In this document: positions 37,878-60,732 of the stretch, in pieces
How positions within the stretch are numbered: position 1 is the first letter of the stretch
Layout: the number at the start of each line of letters is the position of its first letter
Source of the DNA: Adineta steineri
Taxonomy: Eukaryota
Assembly: GCA_905250115.1 (NCBI GenBank)
Contig: CAJNOI010000010.1
Span: 327,403-391,402 of the forward strand
DNA: 64,000 nt
Reading direction: 5' to 3'
Position numbers and translations under genes: made by a program
The notes under the pieces: model-generated
Databases searched by the model: none
Seen by the model: only the letters and a program-made list of their open reading frames with translations
Told to the model about the DNA's origin: nothing

Positions 37878-38756
37878 TTAGTGTGTGGGTGTGAGTACTC
37901 TGCTCAATCGACATCCACACCCACACCCTATCTGATCTTTTGAACTTGAATTTTGTATTGGTAAAGATAATCGATTTGCAGTTGATGATATAGATGGAAT
38001 GTCATTAGTTGCATTAACTTGATGTTCTTTTATTCTTTTTCTAACAATTTGTGCTTCTCTTTTTGTATAAAAAGGCCAATCATAATTAACTTCTCCACTT
38101 GTTAAAATACTTTTTAAAAGAAAAAAGTCTCCACTATTTGATTGTCTTGATATTGATGATAATAATGAATCAAATTGTTCTTTTTCATCATCACGCATTC
38201 CACCTTCACTTTTTAATCGACAAAGAAGATCTGGTTTTTTATACGTACTTGCAGCTAATAAATGAATAAGTCGTTCTCTTAATGGTCTATCTGAAGGTGA
38301 TGATTGAGTATTTGTTGTTGGACTAAGACGTTTTTCTTGATTTGTTACAATTCGTTGTTCAATAAGACCACAACTCTCAAGTTGATCTCGATTAACTTGT
38401 TTGATACATTGAAATATTTCGGATGTTTCATCTTCTGGTAATATTTGAAATGAATAGATTTTTTCTTCATTATTATTTATTGGTATTGAAATTTCTCCTC
38501 CACTACGATTAAATTTAATATTGGATAAATTTTGTTTTTTATTTTGTTGAATATATGTCTCAATTGCTTCCATACATGAACTAGTTAATTTAATAAATAT
38601 ATGGAGTTTTCCATCATGATTTGATGTAGCATCTGCATTTAATCGAAATCTATTATTTCCAGGAAGATTTCTATCCATTCTTGGTAAATTTGTAATAAGC
38701 AGCTTTTCTCGATCGTCCACAGAGCACAACATCTGCTTTATCTTTACACGTGTCAT
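37878..38756 (-). CDS. ELL: RNA polymerase II elongation factor ELL homolog, N-terminal ~280 aa only; the ORF terminates inside hairpin #15
   Basis: KLHIFIKLTSSCMEAIETY, ISIPINNNEEKIYSFQILPEDETSEIFQCIKQ, RPLRERLIHLLAASTYKKPDLLCRL and NYDWPFYTKREAQIVRKRI align with the ELL N-terminal domain (SVFHVKLTDSALRAFESY..., RPFRDRVLHLLALRPYRKAELLLRL, QKDWPGYSEGDQQLLKRVL). No occludin-homology C-terminal domain is visible. The 5' most ~20 codons lie within a MITE copy. Confidence 0.6.
   Translation of the reverse strand: MTRVKIKQMLCSVDDREKLLITNLPRMDRNLPGNNRFRLNADATSNHDGKLHIFIKLTSSCMEAIETYIQQNKKQNLSNIKFNRSGGEISIPINNNEEKIYSFQILPEDETSEIFQCIKQVNRDQLESCGLIEQRIVTNQEKRLSPTTNTQSSPSDRPLRERLIHLLAASTYKKPDLLCRLKSEGGMRDDEKEQFDSLLSSISRQSNSGDFFLLKSILTSGEVNYDWPFYTKREAQIVRKRIKEHQVNATNDIPSISSTANRLSLPIQNSSSKDQIGCGCGCRLSRVLTPTH
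37881..37932. repeat. Telomere-repeat foldback hairpin #15 (gtgtgtgggtgtgag...catccacacccacaccctatc)
   Basis: A near-perfect inverted TGTGGG repeat. The ELL ORF reads into it (…IGCGCGCRLSRVLTPTH*). Confidence 0.85.
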
Positions 38757-38840
38757 TCTTTCTTATCTGTCTATTAACATGATATATGCAAAAATAAGGT
38801 AGATGTTGAAAAAAGTTTCTTATTACAACTTATCAAGAGA
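38676..38840. mobile_element. Second copy of the ~170-bp foldback MITE unit (≈85% identical to 13098-13277)
   Basis: cttggtaaatttgtaataagcagcttttctcgatcgtccacagagcac...gaaaaaagtttcttattacaacttatcaagag. It occupies the 84-bp divergent intergenic space between ELL and AADAT and overlaps the annotated ELL start. Confidence 0.65.
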
Positions 38841-40096
38841 TGCAAAACAGTCCTGATTATACTCGTTTTTTAAGTGAAGCTGCTGCACGTAGACAACCTA
38901 GTGCTATTCGAGAAGCTACTCAATTATTTGCACGATCACCACCTACAACTATTAGTTTTGCTGCAGGAAATCCTAATGTATCTTTATTTCCATTTAAAGA
39001 AGCAACTATAACTTTAAAAGATGATACAACAATTCAACTTGATTCTTCTGATATGTCTAAAGCATTACAATATTTACCGACGCCTGGACAAGCAGATTTA
39101 TTAGAATGGTTAAGAAAATTACAAATTCGTTATCATTCTCCTATTGATTTTAAACGGTATGAACTATGTGTAACAAATGGTTCTATGGAAGGATTAAGCA
39201 AAGTTTTTGAACTTGTTCTTAATACTACAGAATCAATCTTAGTCGATTCACCCTGTTATTCAGGATCGTTAGATTTTTTACGTGGATTTGGAGCTAATAT
39301 TATTAGTATAAATACAGATTCTAATGGAATGAGTGCTGAATATTTACATAATATTCTTTCAAATTGGTCTGATTTAAATACTTTACCTCGAGTTCTTTAT
39401 ACAATTCCAAATGGTTCTAATCCTACTGGAGCATCAATGAGTCTCGAACGAAAAAAAGATATTTATAATATTGCTCAAAAATATAATCTATTAATTATTG
39501 AAGATGATCCATATTTTTTTCTTCAATTCGAAAAACTAGTGCCATCATTTTTATCAATGGATACAGATGGTCGTGTTATTCGACTTGATTCTATGTCGAA
39601 AGTATTATCAGGTGGAATGCGTCTCGGGTTTTTTACTGCACCAATTCCATTATGGCAAAAATTAGTTTATCATCAACAAGTAACTAGTTTGCATGCAAGT
39701 TCTCTTTCACAAATGGTAGCTTTGAAATTATTCGAAAAATGGGGTTTATCTGGATTTCATCAGCATACAGAACAAATTTCGAAATTTTATGAAAATCAAA
39801 AAAATTTAATGGTTAATGCTATTAAAAAACATTTAAACGATATGGTAACATTTAATGAACCAACAGCAGGAATGTTTATATGGATGAAAATAAACGGTAT
39901 TGATGATACAAGAAAATTAATCTATGAGAAAGCACTTGAACAAGAAGTATTACTTTTACCGGGAAGTGCATTCTTTTCTGATCAATCAAAAACTTATCCA
40001 TATGTTCGAGTTTCTTATTCAGTTTGTACACCGGAACAAATTGAAACAGGTATGGCTCGTTTTGGTAAAGTTCTCCGTGAAGAACTACATAAATAG
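38840..40096 (+). CDS. AADAT: Kynurenine/alpha-aminoadipate aminotransferase (KAT II / AADAT) homolog, single exon
   Basis: 418-aa ORF that aligns along its length with AADAT: PSAIREATQLFARSPPTTISFAAGNPN, YTIPNGSNPTGASMSLERKKDIYNIAQKYNLLIIEDDPYFFLQF, VIRLDSMSKVLSGGMRLGFFT, PTAGMFIWMKINGIDD. Confidence 0.8.
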   Translation: MQNSPDYTRFLSEAAARRQPSAIREATQLFARSPPTTISFAAGNPNVSLFPFKEATITLKDDTTIQLDSSDMSKALQYLPTPGQADLLEWLRKLQIRYHSPIDFKRYELCVTNGSMEGLSKVFELVLNTTESILVDSPCYSGSLDFLRGFGANIISINTDSNGMSAEYLHNILSNWSDLNTLPRVLYTIPNGSNPTGASMSLERKKDIYNIAQKYNLLIIEDDPYFFLQFEKLVPSFLSMDTDGRVIRLDSMSKVLSGGMRLGFFTAPIPLWQKLVYHQQVTSLHASSLSQMVALKLFEKWGLSGFHQHTEQISKFYENQKNLMVNAIKKHLNDMVTFNEPTAGMFIWMKINGIDDTRKLIYEKALEQEVLLLPGSAFFSDQSKTYPYVRVSYSVCTPEQIETGMARFGKVLREELHK

Positions 40097-40201
40097 ATTG
40101 ACAAAACAATCAAATATTATATAAAATTCTTTTCACAATAAACACACTCATATAATAAAATAAAAAACTCTATTTAGTTTCTTTTAAAGAAAATTTTGTA
40201 A

Positions 40202-41134
40202 CTAAATTGAAACAAAGGCAAATGCATCTAAATAGGCTTCTGCTGGATTGTTTGCTATTATTTTTCCATTATTATTTAAATCAAATGTAACAATATTTTG
40301 ATTGTTCAAACCCTCAACAATCATTGTAAAATAATACCCTTCATAACAATTTCCAGTCGATGCTAGATAATCATCAAAATCAGGAGATAAAATGTCCAAA
40401 GTGCCATTATAAGGATTTAAACGTACTAAACGACAAGCACGTTTACCTTCAACTTCTTGCATACCATAATAAGCATTCGTTTTATTATCATAACATAAAT
40501 ATTCTGGCAATTGCGCATTTGTTATTTCACTGATTATTTTTCGTTGTACGACATCGATACCAACAAGATAATCATCAGCGCCATACACGACTTGTACAAA
40601 ATATTGATGAGCGGTTGAATTAAAAAAGAAGGCCATGGAATCAGGTTGTAGACCATTGGCTTTAGTTATATTTACCCATCGTTTAGTGTTAAAACTACTT
40701 GGATCGATTTGAACAATACCTACAGGAAGACTTTCAACTAAATCTTCCATTTGTATTGAATATAGTTTTCCTGTACTACTATCAACACGTAAACCAAAGA
40801 TTTCACCACCAGATTCTACAGTAATATCTCGATACTTTGTTGTACCAGTCAATGGATTCACTATGATCACTGACGGCGATGATCCTGTACTACCAAAAAT
40901 GTAAAATATTTTATGAATGAAATCATAAGTAACATCGTATGCTTTATAATCTGTCAATGGTACGAAAACAGTAAAATTTGCAGTTAATGGATCAATTTTA
41001 TACAAAGCTTTTGTGGTTGATGTTGGATCATATGATACTGCTAACAAATAACCACTGGGAGTTGTTTGAATGCATTGAATAGCATTGAAAAGAATGTAAA
41101 AATAGAAAAATAAAACTCGAAAAGAAATATTCAT
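40202..41134 (-). CDS. Secreted protein (signal peptide MNISFRVLFFYFYILFNAIQC), beta-propeller-like, single exon, unknown family
   Basis: 310-aa ORF with repeated ~45-aa units of the Y..D......LY.I type. It is convergent with AADAT (105 bp apart) and divergent from FRY. Confidence 0.45.
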   Translation of the reverse strand: MNISFRVLFFYFYILFNAIQCIQTTPSGYLLAVSYDPTSTTKALYKIDPLTANFTVFVPLTDYKAYDVTYDFIHKIFYIFGSTGSSPSVIIVNPLTGTTKYRDITVESGGEIFGLRVDSSTGKLYSIQMEDLVESLPVGIVQIDPSSFNTKRWVNITKANGLQPDSMAFFFNSTAHQYFVQVVYGADDYLVGIDVVQRKIISEITNAQLPEYLCYDNKTNAYYGMQEVEGKRACRLVRLNPYNGTLDILSPDFDDYLASTGNCYEGYYFTMIVEGLNNQNIVTFDLNNNGKIIANNPAEAYLDAFAFVSI

Positions 41135-41454
41135 TCTTTATTGTGATGCTAAGTTTGTTATACTGACGAAGTAATATCGAAGCATGATAACACGTTGCTT
41201 TTTTTAAAAGAAAGATAGTGTTGTATTTACTAAATGACACTAGTAAAATGAGATTTTTATTTCTGTCACTCTATTAAAATACTTCAATATGTCATTCTTC
41301 CGAATTAATGCTTAAAATAATAATAGTGGAAAATATAACTATATAGTTCCTTATAATAATTCAAAAAAGTATTCTATTGGCTTATTTCATTTAACCAATA
41401 AGAAATGACTTGTCATGATTCATTAAATTTATCGCTATTTATATATATATCCAT

Positions 41455-53556
<12,102 letters not shown>

Positions 53557-53929
53557 AAACAACAGCTTAGAAATAAATAGTGTATAATCGGTGATAAAAT
53601 AACTATGCTTTTTCTTATTTTTCGAATGTCATTCGTCTTTGTATGTGTTGTTTTTTTTTAAATAAAATAAAAAATATATTTCAACAAATGTGTTATATTA
53701 AGTCAATAATTAATCATATATCAAATTATATTGAAATAAAATCAATACGTATGTGTAAAGGTAACTGTTATTTTATTTTTCTTGTTCTTCGCAATTCCAT
53801 CAATACGTTTGTAAAGACTTCTGTTTTTTTACTTATTCGTCACTAAGCAGTGGCTCAAAACATCGATTCTGTTCTGTTTTTTTCTCCTGTTTGTTTTTTT
53901 TTCGTGACAAATAGAAGGTCGAATAATAA

Positions 53930-54382
53930 ATGACAGACCAAGTACAAGTAGAAGATTTCGATTCCATCGAACGAAATACACCTGCTGAATTATCTGCTAA
54001 AGAACTTCACAATAAACGATTTCAACCACGAGCAAATTATCAGAATACAAGTAAAACTCCGAAACGATTACAAACATCAAAACCGCCGAAAAATTCTGTT
54101 AAAATAAAACCAATTAAAACTCCTGTTCATTTTAAATGGGCATTATTTTTAACAATATTTTGTTTTTTTCTTGTTGGACCATGTTGGGCATTGTATAAAA
54201 CAATTCAATTACGTCGAATGATTCAACGACAAGAAAACGATGCAGCTGATCGTTTATCACATAAAATAACAACTGTACTTGTTGTTTCAACTATATTAGG
54301 AATATTCGCATGGGTAGCAATTTTATTTTGTACAGTTGGTTTATTACTTACTGGAGAATTATTAGCAACAGAAGCTATCTAA
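53930..54382 (+). CDS. Small two-TM protein, CD225/dispanin-like
   Basis: 150 aa with two TM helices flanking GPCWALYKTIQLRRMIQRQENDAADRLSHKITTVLVVS, which resembles the CD225 intramembrane/amphipathic core. Confidence 0.35.
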   Translation: MTDQVQVEDFDSIERNTPAELSAKELHNKRFQPRANYQNTSKTPKRLQTSKPPKNSVKIKPIKTPVHFKWALFLTIFCFFLVGPCWALYKTIQLRRMIQRQENDAADRLSHKITTVLVVSTILGIFAWVAILFCTVGLLLTGELLATEAI

Positions 54383-57300
54383 AAACTAATCTCAATCAAA
54401 GTAACTATTTATTGACTTCCGTTCTTGTCTTTATTATTTTTTTGTCTATTTTTCTTTCATTTTCAAAACTCGGAACTTATGGGAAAATATACATTGATTG
54501 TTATTTCCGACATATAAAAATTATTGACAAAATTTTCTAAAATCAACAAAATATAAATTAGTTCTATTTAAAATGAAAATAACAAAAAGAAAAAGAGAAA
54601 AAAATAAAAATAAATTTATCTTTTGTAATGTAAGTGCATAAAATAATAATTCAATCTATTTTTAAAACAACTAATAAATATTAGTTATTAAAATAGTAAG
54701 GAAAGTACTTTTTCTTTTATAATGTTGAATTTAAAAAAAGCGGCCATTATAAAACAATGTATTTATATGCATTCAGTAAAAATAAATTTATTTTTGAGAG
54801 TTTTATCAAGTTGAAAATCATTATCTATTACGACATTCTTTTTATCTACTCATTATGTAAGTTAATACAATTTTTTTCTGATGACGACAGCATAGTTGTG
54901 GGCTAAACTGGTAATTATCGTTGATGATAATATGTTTGAAATCATCAGAGATTTGGATTGTGTGCAAAAATCTACAAATAAGATAGTTTTTTGCTTGAAT
55001 AATAGCTATGTCAACATCAACTAATTCTATTGGAAACAACGTCATTTGACAGACGACAAAGATGTATGTCAGGGAAAGTCAAGAGAAAAGAGAAATAATG
55101 ACATATAGGTAGGAGGTAATGATAAAAAGTCATACGTTAGAGACAGATCTTCATTTTCTAATCTTAAAGTTGTGTCAAACATTTGACAGTTAACGGAAAT
55201 AAACGGTTGCACTCAACGTTCTCCAAAAAATTTTACTAGGTACGTAATAGTTAAAATATATTTAAATAGCAAGAAATCTCTTATTCGCTTGAGGTTCTTC
55301 GAACTAATTACAGGTATATTAAATTTTTGCTGACGTACATGAATTTCGTAGTTGAATTCTGTCCTACAGACATTTCATATACTTATTATTTATTTAGTCT
55401 TTTATTAAGCATAAAAAGAGTAAAATCTTTATAAATGTCAGCTTGATATAGGATCGTTATAGATAAATTTTAATCTTTGGACTAAGTTAAAAAATAGAAG
55501 ACACAAGGAACTACAGTAGACTAAAGTCGGAAGTATAACAGTATCATGTTCAATTTATTTTTATATGGTGAAAAGGTTTTTTTTATTAGAAGTCATCCAT
55601 CTTATAACAAAATATATAGAGGAAATTAAAAGTGAGTATGGTTGATGAATATGTTGACAAGTGAATCTAGTGGAAGAAAAAGACGGAAAAGTGAGAGAGA
55701 CATGATTTACTTACGGCTCAATAAAAAACAAAAAAAACATGAAAAGAGAGGAAATAAGAAGACTTTAAAATATGAGCAGAGAGAGAAAGATCAATATATC
55801 ATTCATCACGGTGAAGGTGAATGCATTTAATTTGAATCAAACATATGTCATTCTTTCTTTTTCTTGAGAGTGTCTCTGCATTTTGTTCCCGAATAGTAAC
55901 TAAAACCATTGCGCCTCGTTATAATTTTAATGAAACATGATATATATGAATTAAGTATTAATCACTAGTATTGATATTATATTAATTATTTATCAGCTAG
56001 TATCTTTGATCCAGTTCGATAATTAGAAAAAGAGCTTACAAATTCGAATTGTTTAGTATCAAAAACAGGTGGGCGTATATGATCGACTGTTTTCTTTCAT
56101 AGTTTTATCTGTGAATATATATAGATAGATTTATGTTGTCCCAGACAGAAAGAATTACTTATAATAAGCTTTATTTCTATTGGAATTCAAGCGAAAAGAC
56201 GATCATTTTATTTCTATATATATATATATTATTACTAATTGCGTATATGAGTTAATTAGAATATATTGATCGGTAGCAGTGAGTAAAAATGTAACTAAGA
56301 GAACACTTTTTTAACTCTAATAAAAATGATTATTCATTTCAGTAAACACCTTCACCTATATATTCTTTTCTTATTAAATATGCATATTGTCAAAGAAAAA
56401 AGTCGTTTCATCAATAGACCTTTTACTTCTATACGTCATCGTTCTCATTAATAAGGAAAAGGAGTGCGCTTTAATGTTGACCTAAACGTATATGCCATTA
56501 TAGAAAAGATCCTATGAATAATTCAATATTTAAATTGTCTTTGATTTTCTATATTTTTGTGCGTCATCATTGGTATATTAAGTCATATATATATATATAA
56601 CCTATTTATGTCATCCATGTTAATAATAAAATATCATCTGAATCAATTTTGTTCCACAATTCTATATATTACTTTTTTGCTTTTCTTTTTTTTTGTGCGT
56701 TGTGCGTGAATGTATGTTTCTTCTCCTCTAGAAAAATTAATCAGTCAATCAATAATCAATCGTTCCATTTCTATGCGTCTCATCATTTTTTTTGTTTCTT
56801 TCTATACTGGAATTGAATGACAAATATAGTTAATCATAATGAATATGCACAATATTAAATTCTTTCCCTTTAGCTTAATGTCTACTCAAGGTAATACCTA
56901 CTAAACCCTATGGAATTAACACTCCATACTGTCTGAGTTACTTGTCTTTCTACTAGTTGAGTTATCTTGCTTCTCATATGCATGATTTGATTATACTCCT
57001 TGTCCGATTTTATTGTATGATATTAAATCTACTGTGTCGAATGGATTTATTCGTAGATTATACATATAAATAGATGAATATTTTACATAGTGTATATAGT
57101 TCCATACTATTAACTATTTAGAAGAGCGTAATTTAATTGTTTATATATGAATTCTGATGTATAGCTACTAGTAGGTTTTTGTGTGGGCGGAGAAAAAGGA
57201 GAGAATGATATATTTGTTCTTGTTGACTCCTACTTCGTCTCTTAGCTCTTAAAACTACATTATATATATATATATATATATATAAATACTAGGAGACTAC

Positions 57301-58321
57301 TATCTATAAAGAATATTATGTGTGAGTGTTATAGAATGAGGAGGAGTAGTTTTAATTGAAATGTGCAAAGTAAATCTAGATTTTTCGAATAATATATGAC
57401 ATGAGATGTCATTAGAATTAGTATCATATGACAACATTTATTAGCAACACTGATTTCTTTTCCTATCATTGTCATGATTGCGTGTTTTTTGTCTATTTGT
57501 CACCTTGTTATATTATAAGATTTTTTTGTTCAATCATAGAATTCTTCACGCAATTTCAGTCAGTATATATTCATGAATGAAATGTAGAAACGAACGATTC
57601 ATTGAGACAAGACTAGTTGTTTGCCTTGCTCTTTACTTGTTTCATGTGATTTGAATAGAAGACAGTATAGACAAAAAGAATCGCAATTAATGTCACATAC
57701 AAACGTCAAACGAACAGTCTCATGCTGATTCTCATACACCCTCTCACACATACATACATATATATATATATATATTCTTGTTTGATACCTCTCGAGAATT
57801 TTAAAAATGTAATAGAAAATGAGATGAATGTATATGTGACAATAACAAGTACGACTACTAACTTATCAGCTATCAGAATAACTATGTGTCGCATTTCCTA
57901 TTTTTGTAAGAGCTTATTGTAACAAAATTCATTGATCTTCATATCATGTTTTTTTTTCTTACTTTTTTTTCATCATCAATACAAAGAATAAAAGATAGAA
58001 ATGAGATGAGAGTGCCATTATCTAAAGTATATTTGCTCAGAATTTTCTTTTTCACTTCTCTAACTTTTTCCAAAACTATTCTCTTATTTAATATGTTTAT
58101 ATTGTACTTGTGAAGTTTTTCAATTATATGTCAATAATTGAGTTTAATATTGAGTAGTTTTGGAGCATAATAGAAATAATTTAATAAGAGTATACTGGTA
58201 TGTTGCATTTTATAAACTAGTGTAAAATGAATGAATTATTGTTTCAAAGATTTATAAAAATTAAATATATATATATGTAATATATTTTACAGATTCTATT
58301 TATTTCAGAACATCATACAAA

Positions 58322-59035
58322 TTGCTAATTATCCTCAATCTTTACAAAATGTTATTTGATATTCTGGCCGTGTTCGTTGTTACACTTATTTCATCATTGT
58401 TTTTATGTACGACATCCATACATGGTCTCCCGACATCACCTTCAACTCATCATTATATCCATAATCACCCATCTTCTTCACTCAGGCTTTTACATCAACA
58501 TCCAGTACCGAGTGTCGATTATGATTTAGGTGGTGATACATCTGAAATGTTGTTTGGTGAAAGCAATGAATTATCAACAACTAACCATCATGCCAATGAT
58601 TTATCATCATCATCCTTGACCTCTTCTAGTGATGCATCCAATGTGCCATTTGATTTTTATCTTAATCAATTACCAGCTAAATTATTAAATAGAAAATTAT
58701 TATTATCATTACAAAAACATAATCAACAGAAAGAAGGAAAAGAACAACAACAACAAAAACGAGCCAGTTCGCCATCAATCACTGCATCATCTCCATTACC
58801 GGCAGAATTCAATCTTAATTCAGCTGTTGCTGCAGCTGCATTTGCTGATCCATCTGATCCAGATAGCGTTGTCAATCTTAGTCAATTGAGTGAATCAACA
58901 CGTTTGTCACCTTCACTCAAGGATTTGGTTGAAAAAAATCCATTTGCGCGTGCTTGGCTTACTATGCTTTTACAAAAAGTTATGGAAGAACAACCTACAC
59001 CGTACATATTCAAGTATGGTCGACGTCGCAAGTAG
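58322..59035 (+). CDS. Secreted neuropeptide/prohormone-like precursor
   Basis: Hydrophobic leader MLFDILAVFVVTLISSLFLCTTSIHG. A Ser/Gln-rich propeptide with a KR site. The C-terminus is ...PYIFKYG-RRRK*, an amidation glycine followed by basic residues. Confidence 0.35.
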   Translation: MLIILNLYKMLFDILAVFVVTLISSLFLCTTSIHGLPTSPSTHHYIHNHPSSSLRLLHQHPVPSVDYDLGGDTSEMLFGESNELSTTNHHANDLSSSSLTSSSDASNVPFDFYLNQLPAKLLNRKLLLSLQKHNQQKEGKEQQQQKRASSPSITASSPLPAEFNLNSAVAAAAFADPSDPDSVVNLSQLSESTRLSPSLKDLVEKNPFARAWLTMLLQKVMEEQPTPYIFKYGRRRK

Positions 59036-60732
59036 TTCAACAAAATAAATATATACATATATACATATATATATATTATCAATAAAAAGTACATCGCCGA
59101 ATCACGAGCCAATAAGTCATTTTTGCATCATTATTATCATCATCATTTTGACAGCGCACCAAAAAAAAATAAATTTTTGTAATATCATCATCATCATCAT
59201 CAGAGCCACAGTTGTGTTTGAATGTGGTCTAGACCCAGAATAAAATTCCTTTACCTAAGATAAATTTTCTTAATTTCATATGAAATTCTTTCATTTAAAT
59301 AAGAGTTACATTTTATTGACTGATTAATTAAACTAAATATGATTATTCATTGCATTTTATTGAAATTAATTATTTATAATATGTCATTAGTTATTAAAAT
59401 GAAAACAATAGACTTGTAATCGAGAATACTTCATTTTTTCTCATTAGATTCACTAAAATACAATCGATATGGATGTTTTATCATTGAATATAATTAAAAT
59501 GTTTATTTAGAAAGTCAACCAAACGAACTTCTCCTATATCTATGACGTCAATAAAATAGAAGATATTTGAGAAGCTTCAAGTTAATTGCATCAACGTATC
59601 ATTGATAAAAATATTTTATGACGTTGAATTCTTCTATGTAAATGAAAATTATATGATGTCATTATATATACTTTTTTTTAGAAACATGATAAATTTACAC
59701 AATATTATTAAAAAATGATAGTTTTAAGGCGTAGTTATATAATTAAAGTATTAGAGATATCATGTATGTTACTTCCTGTTTTGTATTTCCTATTAGAAAT
59801 ATAATAACTAAGTATTATAAGTAATCAGCTGTTGGTCTTTTAATAAACTATTATTTGGATTTGTTTTTCTACGTCATTGTTAAGAAATTAAATTGATTAT
59901 TTGAATGAACATATTATACTACATTTTCTTTAAGACAAATTTAATAACCATATTCAAAATTTATAAAGTTATTTTAATATGTATTAAATACTAATCTATC
60001 ACCGATGGATTATATACAAAATCGATTTTAGTATTCATTCTTTTCGATTATGTATTCCTAAATAAAATGATATACTTCTCATACAACATATTTTTCTTTC
60101 TTCGAAGAAAAGATTTTTATGAACAAATAATATTATACATATTCTTGCAAATCTGAACTAAATCTTTGTTTTTTCTTAAAGTATCATGGCTTTCTTTATA
60201 TAATATTTTTACAGTTTATTATAATGCTTAATTTACTCTAAAAACGAAATGAAAATAATTGCAGGCCTTCAAAATTATGTACAGACTTATCTTTCATATT
60301 AGTGACCTTTTAATAACAAAAGAACATGGAAATACGATAAGAAAAGCTTAACGATTTTGTATGAAATTATATAAAATAAAAACGATGTGAAATAATAATT
60401 AACTACTGATTTACTATTTATTCTCTTGCATTTGTTACATAACAGAAAGAATAATTTATTTTATTGATAAAATAAGCTTCTTCTCTCCTTCTATGTTTGT
60501 GTTGAGTATCTTTCTTTCTTATCTAACACAACGAAACTCTACTTGTTCAGACATAATAATTTAATCATGAGGGCCTTTTATAGAATACATATCTTTTCAA
60601 TATATATTATTTACTTTATCGGTGAGTGTTACTGCTCATACTGTGGTCTCAACAAGAACAAAATTTCAATAGAGACACATTTTCTTCTTCATCAGTCTTA
60701 ATTTACTTTCAAAAAAATAATACAGAAAGAAA

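Noticed and set aside
55642-55830. Lys/Arg-rich 62-aa ORF
   Set aside because: It lies in AT-rich intergenic DNA, is a low-complexity basic peptide typical of chance ORFs in A-rich sequence, and has no splice or signal context.
56200-59100. (TA)n and (CATA)n microsatellites at ~56210, 56590, 57270, 57760 and 59050
   Set aside because: These are ordinary short AT microsatellites in an AT-rich intergenic region, with no higher-order structure.
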